Assembly: GCA_047495785.1 (NCBI GenBank)
Contig: JBLDXI010000032.1
Coordinates: 62,001 to 126,000 of the forward strand
Origin: Lepidodermella squamata
Taxonomy: Eukaryota > Animalia > Gastrotricha
Direction: 5' to 3'
Length of the DNA stretch: 64,000 bases
Shown here: piece after piece, positions 23,020 to 34,705 of the stretch
How the letters are laid out: every line of letters starts with the position of its first letter
How positions within the stretch are numbered: the first letter of the stretch is position 1
The notes under the pieces: model-generated
The model's input: only the letters and a program-made list of their open reading frames with translations
The model's database searches: none
Told to the model about the DNA's origin: nothing
Made by a program: the position numbers and the translations under genes

Positions 23020-24745
23020 TTAGTTCTGAATCGATTTGGATCGCAGCGAAGCCAATACGGACGAATGGCCCATTTTCAAAGCCAAAGAGAACGCAGTTTC
23101 ACCATTCAACTGCTTCAAATTGGCATCTGCCCCACTTCGAAGCAGCAATTCAACCACATCAGCGAATCCCCGCTCAGCCGCGCAAATCATAGCGGAATGG
23201 CCCATTCGGTTACGAATATTCACGTCAGCGCCATTGGTGATAAGTAGGGCTACAATATCCCGATAACCTTGATCGGCAGCCAGAATAATCGCAGCGCCAG
23301 AATTCACATCAGCCCCTGTTTTGATCAAACGTTCTGCAATTTCGAATTGACCCCGATACGCTGCGTAAGCAATCGCAGACCATTCGCTTGAGTTCGAAGC
23401 TGTGATGGCTGCTCCGTGGTTCAGAAGAAGTTCAACAACTGAGAGATTCCCAGATCCAACTGCTCGAAGCAAAGGCGTCATTGCGTTAGCGTCCCTAGCG
23501 TTTATATCGGCGCCATTTTCTAATAATATAGATGCGATTTCCCGATGACCAGACTTCGCGACGAAATGTAAAGGCGTCCATTGACATGAATTGCTTTGAT
23601 TCACCAAAGCGCCGTGTTGTAGCAGGAGACTCGTTAAGGTTCGGTTGCCGTTCCTAGCTGAAAACATCAGACTCGATACTCCAGCAGTGTCAACATCGTT
23701 AACATTTGCCCCTTGAGTCAGAAGTTCCAAAACTACCTGACCTGTAAACGGAAAAGCTTTTTTGAAATGGATAGTCCATTAAAAAATTTCAGCAAGACTA
23801 ATGATATTAGGTTAACAAAGCTTTCTTAGGCTTAACAGAGAACAGCATTTATTCATCGATTTTAGGGACTTCTAGAAACTGGGAAACCTTACCGCGATTT
23901 TGGCATGTAGCCAGTAGCATTGCAGATTGACCGTGATTATTCTTGACATGAACGTTCGACCCCGATATGAGCAGCTGCCTCACAACATCTAGATGTCCAT
24001 TTTCACTCGCCAACATCAGCGGCGTGTTGCCATCATGATTTCTCGCATCAACATCAATCCTGTACTTCAGAAGCAACTGTATCACTTTGGAATGCCCATT
24101 TTTCGCGGAGAGATGGAGCACGGAGCCGAAACTGCTAAGCTTCGTAGGATCCGCGCCATTCTTTAGAAAAAGCTCGACAAGTTCCGAATTTCCTTTCTCC
24201 GCCACTATCGCCAGAGGACTAAAGCCGTCGAAATCTGCTTGGTTCACTAGGGAGTAATCGCTTCTCACCAGAATCTCAGCCACCTCGAAGAAAGAATTTT
24301 CGGCGGCAAAATGGAGAGCGTTTCTCCCACAGTTGTTCTCAGAGCTGAGATTAGCTCGGCTTTTGATAAGCAATCTTATAAGATCTGAATGGCCATTAGA
24401 TGCAGCGAGAATCAAAGCTGTGGAACCGAAATCATTCGCCGCGTTCACATCTACCCCGCGATCGATTAAAAGCTTGGCGACATTCAACCGACCATTCTCC
24501 GCCGCGAACATCAGCGCCGTCCAGCCGTATTTGCTGGTCGCATTTATATTCGCTCCCTTCTGAAGTAGCAAATCAACAGCATCTCGATGACCATTAGCCG
24601 CTGCCCACATAAGAGCTGTTTTGCCGTAGGATTCCTCATCACCAATATCAACTTGACCGGCAGCTTTTTCTAGGCACAACCGTAACGCTGGTAAATCGCC
24701 GTTTTTTGCAGCTGTCATAAAATAAGCCGCAGTCTGGCGTAGCAT
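23020..24745 (-). CDS. Ankyrin-repeat-only protein (~524 aa, ~15-16 repeats), two exons
   Basis: Two ankyrin ORFs join in frame through the phase-1 intron 23742-23892 (CGC G|GTAAG ... TTTACAG|GT CAG), giving ...QNRGQVVLELL... Confidence 0.88.
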
Positions 24746-26527
24746 ATCGGTGTGAACAATTCAATTTTATTAGGTAGGTACATACAAGTTAGGTACACAA
24801 AATTCGTGGGTGTTAGCGTATTACTCATAGAGATAAGAAAAAATTAGATATCGCAAATTCTTCGGTACAGCTGTGTCTACTGACTCGTATGGCTGAGAAA
24901 AAACTAAGCGGCGGTAGTAAATTATAAAGATAAATAATTAATAAGGTGGACGTGGTGGGGCATCTAGATTTTTTGTAATCTCTCACCATGGCCGCTGGCC
25001 AATTTGTATTACAACTTTTCGCACCTAATGCCCTGCTCGCGCGCGCGGTTTTGTAGTCGTAGATGTTTTTTTAATATGTTCCGGCACGCTGTCAACACGA
25101 GGCTTGAGATGGCGTATGATACCGCTGGCACCGGTGATGATGGTATATGAATGGCCGAAGCTATTGATTCATCACGCGCGTAAAATACGCGGCGCGGCGC
25201 ATTTTTTTCAAGAGCGTGGGCCATAAAAAGAGCGGGTGGTACGCAACTAGCCAAGTATTTAGGATGGTATTGATATGGATGTTAAATAGTATTATATTAT
25301 CAAGGTGGCAGCTAGTCATTGCTGAAATATGCACGTGCGTCTGAGCACAAATTACGTGGCTGGGTTCAACGGATGACTTGATAACGAAAATCTTTGTCGC
25401 CCATAACAATTAGGATTGAATTCGCCAATTTCCTGGTTTTTAAGTTTTCTCACGAATTGTTGCACGAAAATGATTTAACGCAGGAATATATGAAAAACGG
25501 TCACTTCCTGCCTTGTACTGATTATTAGAATATTAAAGGGTGTGAATATTTTAAAAATAAAAAATATGAACTCAGGGTTTTTACTGAATGATGCACTGAA
25601 TATTCAACCTCAATTTCGCACTACCAAGTGCCTAATTATTATACAGTTCATACACTTTTCTGCTGCAAATGCCAAGAGTTTGTTTGTAGAGCAATTTCCT
25701 CACGAAACACCGTTGAAGCTATGATACAAAATCGGCAACTTGGCATAACGTCGTACGTCCTCGACAGATAAATTATTTGTTGGTTATGATTCAGCGGATG
25801 CTTGCATGCTATTAAGGCATTCTTTGAAACCGATAAGCAAACCTTTGAATCCTGACGTTTCAACTTATTTGTTGCTGATTAATAGAGCGGAAAACCGATG
25901 GGCTCATATTTCATATGACACGGATGAGTCCTCTACCATGTTTCCGACTTTGTACAGCGTGTTCTATAAGTAACGCGAACATAGAAAATGCGGGGAAAAG
26001 TGACCAGGAACTCTTGAATGAGAGGCATAGTCATATCTCATGACCAGAAAAATCGTCGAATAATCTAAAATGCCTTTAGAATAGCACTCAATTCTCTTGC
26101 CGCTTGCCGGGTTTTAAAATCCGAAGAAATGTGATCCAACCAGGTAAAAACCGAAAATAACCGAACCAGGTACCAGTGCTAATCAGGGTTTTCTCCAGTA
26201 AATTTTTTCGGTAAAATCATGGATAAAGAATGGAAGATTCTATCAGTTGGCTCAATTTCAAAGAATAAGATTAATTTCCGTTAAAAAATGGTGGCGAACC
26301 TTATAGTTGAAAATCAATTGCTGCAAATTTTAACCTGATTATTTGTCATCTTTCCCAATTTCATTGTTCAAGAAATTAATACCACTTCATTACTCACTCG
26401 AGATGTCATTACTCATGGCAACATATTACTGCTGATAATAGTGAAATTTCATGTGTATAGAAAAAATTAATATTTTCCCATTCGTTTGGAATCAATCAAC
26501 CATGAAATTTTGGATAAATGCTGATTA

Positions 26528-28520
26528 ATGAAAACATTGCTGCATTTGACAATCGGTCATCTTTTTGTTCTTGTTTGTTGCTGGAATGTGAATCCACTCA
26601 TTGATATACTCGTGAAAGCGTGAGGGCGGGGGTCGGCTCGTAAACAATAGCAATGTTAAAGAATTCATCATGTTTTTTGATAATGCCATGTCAATCTAGG
26701 TGCGCTTTCATTATTCAACAAATCTACGAGATCTCAATAGCAACTACTCATGAAAACATCAAAATTCAAGATAATTTTATGAAAAAATGATGAACCGTTT
26801 TATTTTCCTAACGTTAATTTTGCAATCGATCACTGCGCAGACAAATGTAAGCCAATTTCCGCTCGTGAAGATTTCCCATCGAGCTTTGAGTGAAGATTGA
26901 TGCACGATGATGTGTTAGATAGCACGGGTTTGTAACACGCCTGTTGTGGCCACGGGTGAGATTCGGCTGATTAGCGGCGGTGACACCATATCGGCGCCTA
27001 GTCAGATAGCTGTTAATGGCCAAATCATCCTGACTTGTCCTCGTGGCTATGCCGTGGCTAACGGCCCTAGGGCTGCAATATGCAACCCGCCTGGTGCTTG
27101 GTCAAACACCTTAGGCACCTGTATGGCACCTGGCGGGGCCCCTAGTGTTGCACAAACGACAACGGTAAATCATCAAAGCTGGAAAACACAGAATACTAAC
27201 ACCTTAACAAGCTTCCTAACCTCACGAATTATCAGGACTTAATTTTGATCCGTCTGTAAACAGGCTGCTACAGGAGTTAGGTCTTGCAATGTACCAGCGA
27301 TTACGAATGGCCGTGTCTCGACATACGGGGTGGCACCTGGAGCTCAGGAGATTTCAGTAGTCCCCCAAGGAGCCATGGTAGCTCTGATTTGTGACTCGGG
27401 TTATCGCTTGGCTGGTGGAACGCGGACAAGCGTTTGCACATCGAGTGGGCAATGGTCAACAATTCTCGGTCGCTGTGTTTCCAGCACGGAATCCGCTCAG
27501 ACACAACCACCGCCACCAAGCAGAGCCCCAGGTACATTTGAATACCGATTTCATTATCGCATCATTTTGAATATACTCATAGCTACTCCTGCTCCAAGCA
27601 GAACTACGACACAGTCTGATGTCAGTTATGAGTGTGGCCAACGTGAACTTGCAAACGGAAATGGCCAGCGGCAGGGTGTCCGCTACAAAATATACGGCGG
27701 CTCCCCGGCAAGTTACCCTTGGATGGCCCGTTTCGAGGTAATCTACGCCGACGATGTTACCCGAACTGCAATGTTCGGCGGAACATTAATCGCCCCGAAG
27801 TGGGTTTTGACCACCGCGAATCGTCTTGTCGGAAGAAATATCCTCAAAGCAGCGATTCATTTCGGTTCGAATTACCGCCGCAATCCAAACCCTGGTACGA
27901 GATCGACTGGTTTCAAGCCATTTGAAACTACGTACAAGTCGATTGTTGTTCATCCACGATACGACGAATCGCAACCGTTTCGTTACAATTTCGCACTAGT
28001 TGAACTGAACAGCTCAGTACCGCTAAGTCGGGAAATTCAACCAGTTTGTTTGCCAGATAACCCAAGCCGAATTTGTGATGATCTGCAGTACTCTGCCAGC
28101 GCCAAGTTGATCGATGGTTGCGACCAAGTCATCGCTGCAGGTTGGGGCATCACTGAAATGTCGAATCTGTTCCCGAACGAGCTTCGTCATGTGAATTTGA
28201 CGGTTTGGTCTTTTGACCAGTGCAAAAAGGTGGCGTCGGATTTGACCGAGTTTGAGTTCTGTGCTGGTGGGGAACCGGGAAAAGACACATGTGTTGGCGA
28301 CTCAGGTGGACCGGCAATGTGCTTGAAGGACGATCGGTATTACCTAACTGGGGTTACTTCCTCAAGTCCAAGCCAAGCATGTGGAGTGGAGAATATCCCC
28401 AGTATCTATGGGTAAGCTTACACCTAGCTTGTCACCTTACTAGAATGTACGCTTATTCTCTTCTCCTATAGGCGAGTCTGCAGCGTTATACCATGGATTC
28501 GTGGAATGATTGAGCTATAA
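26528..28520 (+). CDS. Sushi(CCP)x2 - trypsin-like serine protease homologue, predicted catalytically inactive
   Basis: Two CCP domains (C..P...C..GY....G.....C...G.WS....C), a Thr/Pro linker, RYK|IYGG and GDSGGP; last exon GRVCSVIPWIRGMIEL*. The 5' signal-peptide exon at 26528 is tentative because the phase to the next exon is unresolved. Confidence 0.85.
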
Positions 28521-29189
28521 ATGAAAATAAATCGCTGAACTTCCTAGGGAAGTTGCCCTTGGTTTATTAGCTCCCACTTTCAAAACCTCTTTACAAATAT
28601 TTGAAGAAAATAAACTGCACATTAAATTGTGAAGAGATAAGAAAGATGTTTTCCTTTTCTGAACTTTTAACTGGCAAATATCCTTCATATCGCTGAGTGT
28701 TAAGTCGGCGAACAGTGACGCCCCTGCACTCGATAGTTCGCTATTCAGCCTGGCGTAGAACTTCTATTAAAAAAGCAACCAGTCGGATCTTTATATCTTC
28801 GCGAAAAATGCATCGTAGTGGAATAATGAGATGCGGGTTTTCCACTTTCTTTCAATTCTGTCGCAGAAAAATTTGATAAACAATTAATCATTATAAAGCC
28901 TTGACCCCAGTCGATGTTTTTTGTAGTCTCTTGGGAAGGAAAAACGAACTTTGACTAATGTAGATATGGATTCGTTGTTTTATAGCTCTAACCCCTCGAT
29001 TTTTGCCGATGGAATTGTTCTCCGAAAGTATCTATGGCATTTGCATTGCATTGCACTGTGATATGTATTCCGATTGGGGACATAGCATAATGGCATTGCA
29101 ATCAGTGCAGAATAAGTTATCTCACCATGATGGAATCGTCCGAGGGTATCGATTTTTCCTTCAACAACAACTCTTTACGCCCACCTGAT

Positions 29190-29461
29190 CAGTCTCACTT
29201 TTATCGTTAATTTCACTTTGTTTACTGCACCCACTTCAGTGTTTCCTGCGGAGATTCTACTGCCCACATTAAGTATTATAGTCACATAAAAGTGACATGT
29301 GTGTGATTTTTCGCGCTGTGATTTTTTATGCTCAGTGCGAGTGGTCAATAAAAAATAAAGTTTGCGCTCACTTCAAATTGTGAGCCATATGTTTTTCGGA
29401 GTGGGCACGCGAAGTGGTCGAATCAGTGCAAAACAATAGGCTGATGATCAAATTGAGACTG
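29190..29461. repeat. Possible degenerate MITE
   Basis: Short inverted ends CAGTCTCA...TGAGACTG with further imperfect inverted blocks; no TSD seen. Confidence 0.35.
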
Positions 29462-30442
29462 CCACTCAATAATACCCCGGAACTTTCCTAGTTTACAGGG
29501 TAGATACCCTGAGCTCAGAGCCTGCTCTACTTTCTACTCTCATGTTCATGTCCTAAAATTCTTGCATCCAATATTCTAGGTTCATCCTCACTCTTTAATC
29601 TATAATAATCTCACTCTTTAATCTCGATGAATCCGATGCCTACTTCTGCCGCTTTGTCCCAAGTACCTACCAAGGTTTCACGTTTAATGAACAACATCAC
29701 TGATGAAACGTACCAAAGTAAAGATGGACCGCTGATCTATCCGTCATCTAATCCCTAGATGTGATGCGTCTTGGCGATCGATTTATGGATGTTAATCAAG
29801 CTCTTATGATTATTGTCTTCGTTATAGTAAAATGGTTGAATGACCTACATCGTAGCCTTTCGATTTTGTACAATTATTCCTAAGGGGATGACAAGAGGTT
29901 TTATTTCAAAAAGTACGTGTCGTATTTTGAGAATCCCCCTCAACTTGCTTTCATTCTTTCATTAACATGGAATAGATCATGCATAAGTCACATTCCTTAT
30001 TATAGCTTTTAGACAGTAATGGAATTCGCAATTCTAGGAATCGCAGGCTCGTGATCGCATTAGGCCAAATTGAATATCGGCTTTCTCGCTGACTCATTCA
30101 ACCTTACTCCGCAAACACTTCGAGAAACGTAGTAGTGAGACGGCAATTTTTGACAAAATATTTAATTTTCCGACATGAAGCAACAGACATCAGTGCAGCA
30201 TGTTGTAATCTGATATTGCGTTACCACTTTCTGCGCTAATAGCCGCCTCTCATCTTGAGCCATCTCCATCCGTTGTCACTGCTTTTCAGTTGTTTTCAAA
30301 CACTTAATCCGGAAGTGTATGTTGTTATCGAACATCGCTTTGTTTTGATTCATCACCTCCCTCACTCTCTTCAAAATTCAGGAACAAGTTAAACATTTTA
30401 AAAAAACGCTTGACTTTTTGCTTCAGATTTTTAACACTTAAA

Positions 30443-30742
30443 ATGAGCTGTTTCACAAGCAACATCTGCGCGCTCTTCCTTGGAGCTATTTTCATATTAA
30501 GCTGTCTCTTGCAACTTTGCAGCTCTCACCCAGCCGCTGAGGTATGATGAGTTGTCAGATGAGCCGAATAAATTATTTTTTAATAAAATTTCCAGAGGGT
30601 TGTAAGGTCTGCGTCGGATTATTACAACGACGATTACTTTGCCGGCTACCCCCAACGGCAGCAGAACTCTGGCGGACAGGATGGAGGCCAGTTCAGCGAC
30701 CGAATGATGGACATGCTTATCATGAACATGGGCCGGCGATAA
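30443..30742 (+). CDS. Secreted amidated peptide (neuropeptide/hormone-like) precursor, 81 aa, two exons
   Basis: Exon 30443-30541, 54-bp GT-AG intron, exon 30596-30742. Translation: MSCFTSNICALFLGAIFILSCLLQLCSSHPAAE/RVVR-SASDYYNDDYFAGYPQRQQNSGGQDGGQFSDRMMDMLIMNM-GRR*. Confidence 0.85.
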
Positions 30743-31194
30743 GTGACAACCGCATATTACTTATAATCTGCAATAGTCAACAAATTTTCTGATTATTTTA
30801 GTCTTTTCCGCTTCATTGCTTTGCATGTAAGCAGTTGTGCGTGGCAAAAAGCCCCATTTTTATTTGTCAATATTGCAAGTTGTGTTAGTGTGCGTAGCTA
30901 AATTATTGTGTTAGTGTCAAATGATAATAGGTCATTATTTTATTTTGAGCGCTGGCGAGCGTAATTAAACGGTATAAACACGAAATAAAATGCAATGTCC
31001 AGATCCTGTTCTTCATGTTCAAGTGTTTATTACATCCGAGAGAAGAAGAGGAACTTGCCTTGACGCTCGCTTAGCTGATCGTCGGAAGTTGAAGTTCGAA
31101 AAAGCCTTTCTAATGCACGTCCGGCTCAACTGATGATAAAAAATCATAGCGCACAAAAAACCAAACAAGGGGCTGAAGGGTTAGCGAAACACTA

Positions 31195-33735
31195 ATGCAT
31201 TTAAAATTGATAACAATAACAATATTGGCCTGCATACCAGGTCATCATTTCACAGATGTGGAATCAGAGATTGCTCCGAAGCCCTATGTTTTATCTACCC
31301 TCGTATTGCTACCATTCACGGGCACGGAGCCGAGAAATTCCCGGATATGTCAAGCTGTCATGCAAGACGTGGCCAATGTGATAAATTTGCGTCAGGACAT
31401 CTTACCCGATTATTTGATCTCCCTCGAATTCCGCGACGAAACCAGCCAAGGTGCTAAATCAGTGCAAAATACGGTCGAATTTCTTCGAGGCTTTCCGAAA
31501 TCTCCAATCGATAATACGACAATCTACCGATCTCCAGTGATAGCCGGGACATTGCTATCGAGTGGTTGCGAGAAATTAGGCCAATTGGCCTATCATCTGG
31601 ATTCGGTGATGGTCGCTCTGGGATGTGCAGCTCCGATTTTTACCGCTAACCGAGGGCAGTTCCCGAATTTATACCGCGGCCAAGTTCCCGGTGAAAATAT
31701 CGTCTATCCGAGAATTCAGTTCATCCGAATTTTCGGGAAATGGTCCAATGTTGCGTTGATTGCCAATGTTAACAATTTGTACGACAGAATGACCTCAATT
31801 CTGACTTTGAACCTGCTGCAATCCAATGGTATTACAGTTACCTGGTTCAACATGGTTAGCGACGTTACTCGAGATGTCGTCGATTCGTTGAAGTCCAGTG
31901 ACTCGAGGGTCATCATTATCGACATTTCCCAAGTTCGAATGCTGCACATGTCTCTATGCCTGGCCTACGACTTGGGGCTGACAGGACCTAGGTACACCTT
32001 CATCACCCAGCTTAACGCATTCACGGAGCCGCAGAGTGACCAAGAACCATGCAGCCGCGAGAAGCTGGCCAAACAGTATGATTCAACTATTTGGATCGGC
32101 TTTACAAATTCAGCGATTGAAGACAACGGAGCAACCTCGCTAGGTTATGATTTGGACCAATTTGAAGCCAGATTTAACAGGTCGGTCAAATCGGACCCTG
32201 ACTACTCAATGCGGCATCTATGCCACGATAACATGCTCCAAGCCGCGTTGGTTCTCGACAGGGCTGAAGCTATACTCGCTGAGAACGATTTGAGTCTAAG
32301 GTATGTATCTACTGATAACGTAACCGAAGTCATCGACGCTGTGAAGCAAAGCGCTTCAACCATCAAATTTACTGGTCTAAGAATCGGTCGGAATCGATAC
32401 TCTTACTGGAGACTTGAAATGGATAACGAACCTATGTACGTCGCTCAATGGTCGTCGGCAAAACAAAAACTAGAGCCGTTATTCAAAGCTGTTCTACAAG
32501 ATGGAAGATCAGTGTCAGATCTCGAGAGTTACGCAATGAAAGCGATTAGCGATTCTGTTTACAGCTTGATCAATCGCCTACCCAGGGACAAACCGTTGTA
32601 CAAAACCGGGTTGAGAATGATACCGAAAAGTGCTGGAACGTCGTTGGTCGCTCTAGGCGTTACTGGAATGATTCTTCAAGTGATTTTCGCTCTTTTAGTC
32701 CTGATCAAGTTTCACATCGAAAAGCACGCCTGGCAACGGGAGATCGTGTTATTACTCGGGTGTTTTTTCGGTAATTTTGCTGGAACAACTCTTGGGCTGA
32801 CAGCTTTCCCTGGTCTTGCGATGAATACGCTATGTGCTATGACTACTTTCATAGGAGTGTTAGGGCTGCTATTCATCACTGGGGCTCTTTTTGCCTACAT
32901 TTCCTGGCCTTTACCTGAAGGTGGCCGGTTTCGTAGGGTGAACTCAAGTAATCTAGTTGGTAGTCTGAGGTTTATCCCGGAGGTTCCAACACAGCCAACT
33001 GAAGCTTACCTAAGGGATCGTAGGAGGAGTTCGTTAGCTCATCGACCTCTCGCCCCAGCGACTAGCCCCCTCAATTTGGTCGGGAGTATATTTTTTATAA
33101 CCGCCAACGTTGCTGTAGCGATTGCTTGGATGATTCATGATAGGCCGAAGTTTCAATTGGTCACGCAGACCTTGTCACATTATGACCTAGATTCGGACAC
33201 GTGGCATGACACGAAAACTTGGTCATGTTCCGGGCGGTATTTACTCCATTGGTTGCTAACATTTGGTTTCCTTCAAGTCGCTCAGCTATTAGCCACCCTA
33301 CTCATGGCTGTTAAGTGGCGGACGATGCAAGTTTTTGTCTTTATGACAATCGAGCAATTCGTCAAAACTTCAGCGATTCAAAATTTAGCTGTTATCGTTG
33401 TTGGATCGTTGATTTCACTGGCAGTTCAGGATATTGTTGTCTGTGGGATTATTTTATCTGCTGGTCTGTTGTTGATTTCAACACTGACTAGTGTTGTATT
33501 CGCTCGGTTTCATTTGACGCTGAATCGGCTGACATCGCGGCGAACTCGCGCGACGGAAGCCAGGCGGCGCAGCAGACGCAGTTCGCATGCGCCGACGGTG
33601 ACGATCACTTATGCGAATGGCGCTGATTCGCGAAGATCGCGAGCCTCTAAAGCTTCTCGAATGTCAAAGGCTGAAGTTGAAAACGAAGCTCATGTTTCTG
33701 ATGACAGGCTTTCTATCGAGATAGCAGACAAATGA
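31195..33735 (+). CDS. Class C GPCR, GABA-B-like (Venus flytrap + 7TM, no Cys-rich domain), intronless
   Basis: 846 aa with signal peptide, INLRQDILPDYLISLEFRDE, FPNLYR, LKSSDSRVIII and CLAYDLGLTGPRYTFI, followed by seven hydrophobic segments. Confidence 0.88.
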   Translation: MHLKLITITILACIPGHHFTDVESEIAPKPYVLSTLVLLPFTGTEPRNSRICQAVMQDVANVINLRQDILPDYLISLEFRDETSQGAKSVQNTVEFLRGFPKSPIDNTTIYRSPVIAGTLLSSGCEKLGQLAYHLDSVMVALGCAAPIFTANRGQFPNLYRGQVPGENIVYPRIQFIRIFGKWSNVALIANVNNLYDRMTSILTLNLLQSNGITVTWFNMVSDVTRDVVDSLKSSDSRVIIIDISQVRMLHMSLCLAYDLGLTGPRYTFITQLNAFTEPQSDQEPCSREKLAKQYDSTIWIGFTNSAIEDNGATSLGYDLDQFEARFNRSVKSDPDYSMRHLCHDNMLQAALVLDRAEAILAENDLSLRYVSTDNVTEVIDAVKQSASTIKFTGLRIGRNRYSYWRLEMDNEPMYVAQWSSAKQKLEPLFKAVLQDGRSVSDLESYAMKAISDSVYSLINRLPRDKPLYKTGLRMIPKSAGTSLVALGVTGMILQVIFALLVLIKFHIEKHAWQREIVLLLGCFFGNFAGTTLGLTAFPGLAMNTLCAMTTFIGVLGLLFITGALFAYISWPLPEGGRFRRVNSSNLVGSLRFIPEVPTQPTEAYLRDRRRSSLAHRPLAPATSPLNLVGSIFFITANVAVAIAWMIHDRPKFQLVTQTLSHYDLDSDTWHDTKTWSCSGRYLLHWLLTFGFLQVAQLLATLLMAVKWRTMQVFVFMTIEQFVKTSAIQNLAVIVVGSLISLAVQDIVVCGIILSAGLLLISTLTSVVFARFHLTLNRLTSRRTRATEARRRSRRSSHAPTVTITYANGADSRRSRASKASRMSKAEVENEAHVSDDRLSIEIADK

Positions 33736-34705
33736 ATGCTGATTGATGAATTATGTACGGAAAAAACGCAATAAATTACTAATTAAATTACCTATGCTCC
33801 AAATTGAATTTGAGTGAGACATAAATATATGATTACCTCTTACAGGAAATTCTTGGAAAAACAAAAAGACCGAGCCGACGATTAAAATTTAATTTTGCTT
33901 TTTATTTAGAAGTCCTTTTTATTTTAATTAAATCCCAAAAAACTCGCTTTCAGGTTTTTCGGAATTTAGGTTTGATTAAATGAAAATCTCAAAAATCGAA
34001 GCAAAAAAATATTGGTCGTAATTCGAATTTAGGGTGTGCGACTTCAGCGCAGGATTTCACTAAAATGTGGTTTTTCCATCATCTTCTCCCTCTTTAGATG
34101 TTCGCTACTATCGATGTTCAGTTTACGCGCTGTACTTCTGCAGAGTAAATATCGATTGGATTCGATCGGAAGTATCGATTTTACAAATCACTGATTTCCA
34201 CGATGTTTCAGAAGTCTTCGAAGCCAACGATAAAGGCGTTGATGCTAAAATTTAAAAAAATTTTTAAAAATTTCATAGCTATAATCCGCTTTATGCCTCA
34301 GTTATTTGGTCCATCGATTGTAAAAGTGAAGGTGGAAAAATGCACTCTCACTGATTTTTTCGCACGGAGCTTACAGGTGACAATTGACAATGATAAAGTA
34401 AATAGCCATCATCACTAAGACAATAATCACCGCAATAAGCACTCTCCGCTTTGTTTATTGTACCTGCGATTATTATGCGATAAATGATGACTTCGCAAGA
34501 GCACAATGATTAGAAAAAAAACAAAACCGGCAAATAATAAAAAATTCAAAATAAAATCGCTTGGATTGCCGTATAATTTTGGCGCTATTTCAGTACACAA
34601 CACTTTAGTTCTGCCAGAGAGAATTTGAGCGAAAAATCCGCCTAATAGCAGAGATAGCATGCTTGTTGTTTTGGTCATCGATGATCAAATTTCGCGAGAT
34701 AGCTG

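Noticed and set aside
24990-25250. CpG-rich stretch ending in CTAG as a Helitron 3' end
   Set aside because: No convincing hairpin, not followed by T, and no second copy in the window.
25300-26060. Exon-like patches suggesting a decayed gene
   Set aside because: Multiple stops and no recognisable motif.
26841-26846. 6-nt microexon candidate (CAG|ACAAAT|GTAAG) in the Sushi-protease gene
   Set aside because: I could not reconcile the phases with the flanking exons; left unresolved.
30544-30792. Listed 82-aa ORF
   Set aside because: It starts in the intron and is in the wrong frame; the spliced peptide precursor explains the locus.
34427-34678. 83-aa hydrophobic ORF as a small membrane protein
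   Set aside because: AT-rich sequence antisense to the upstream region of the LamG gene, with no motif support.
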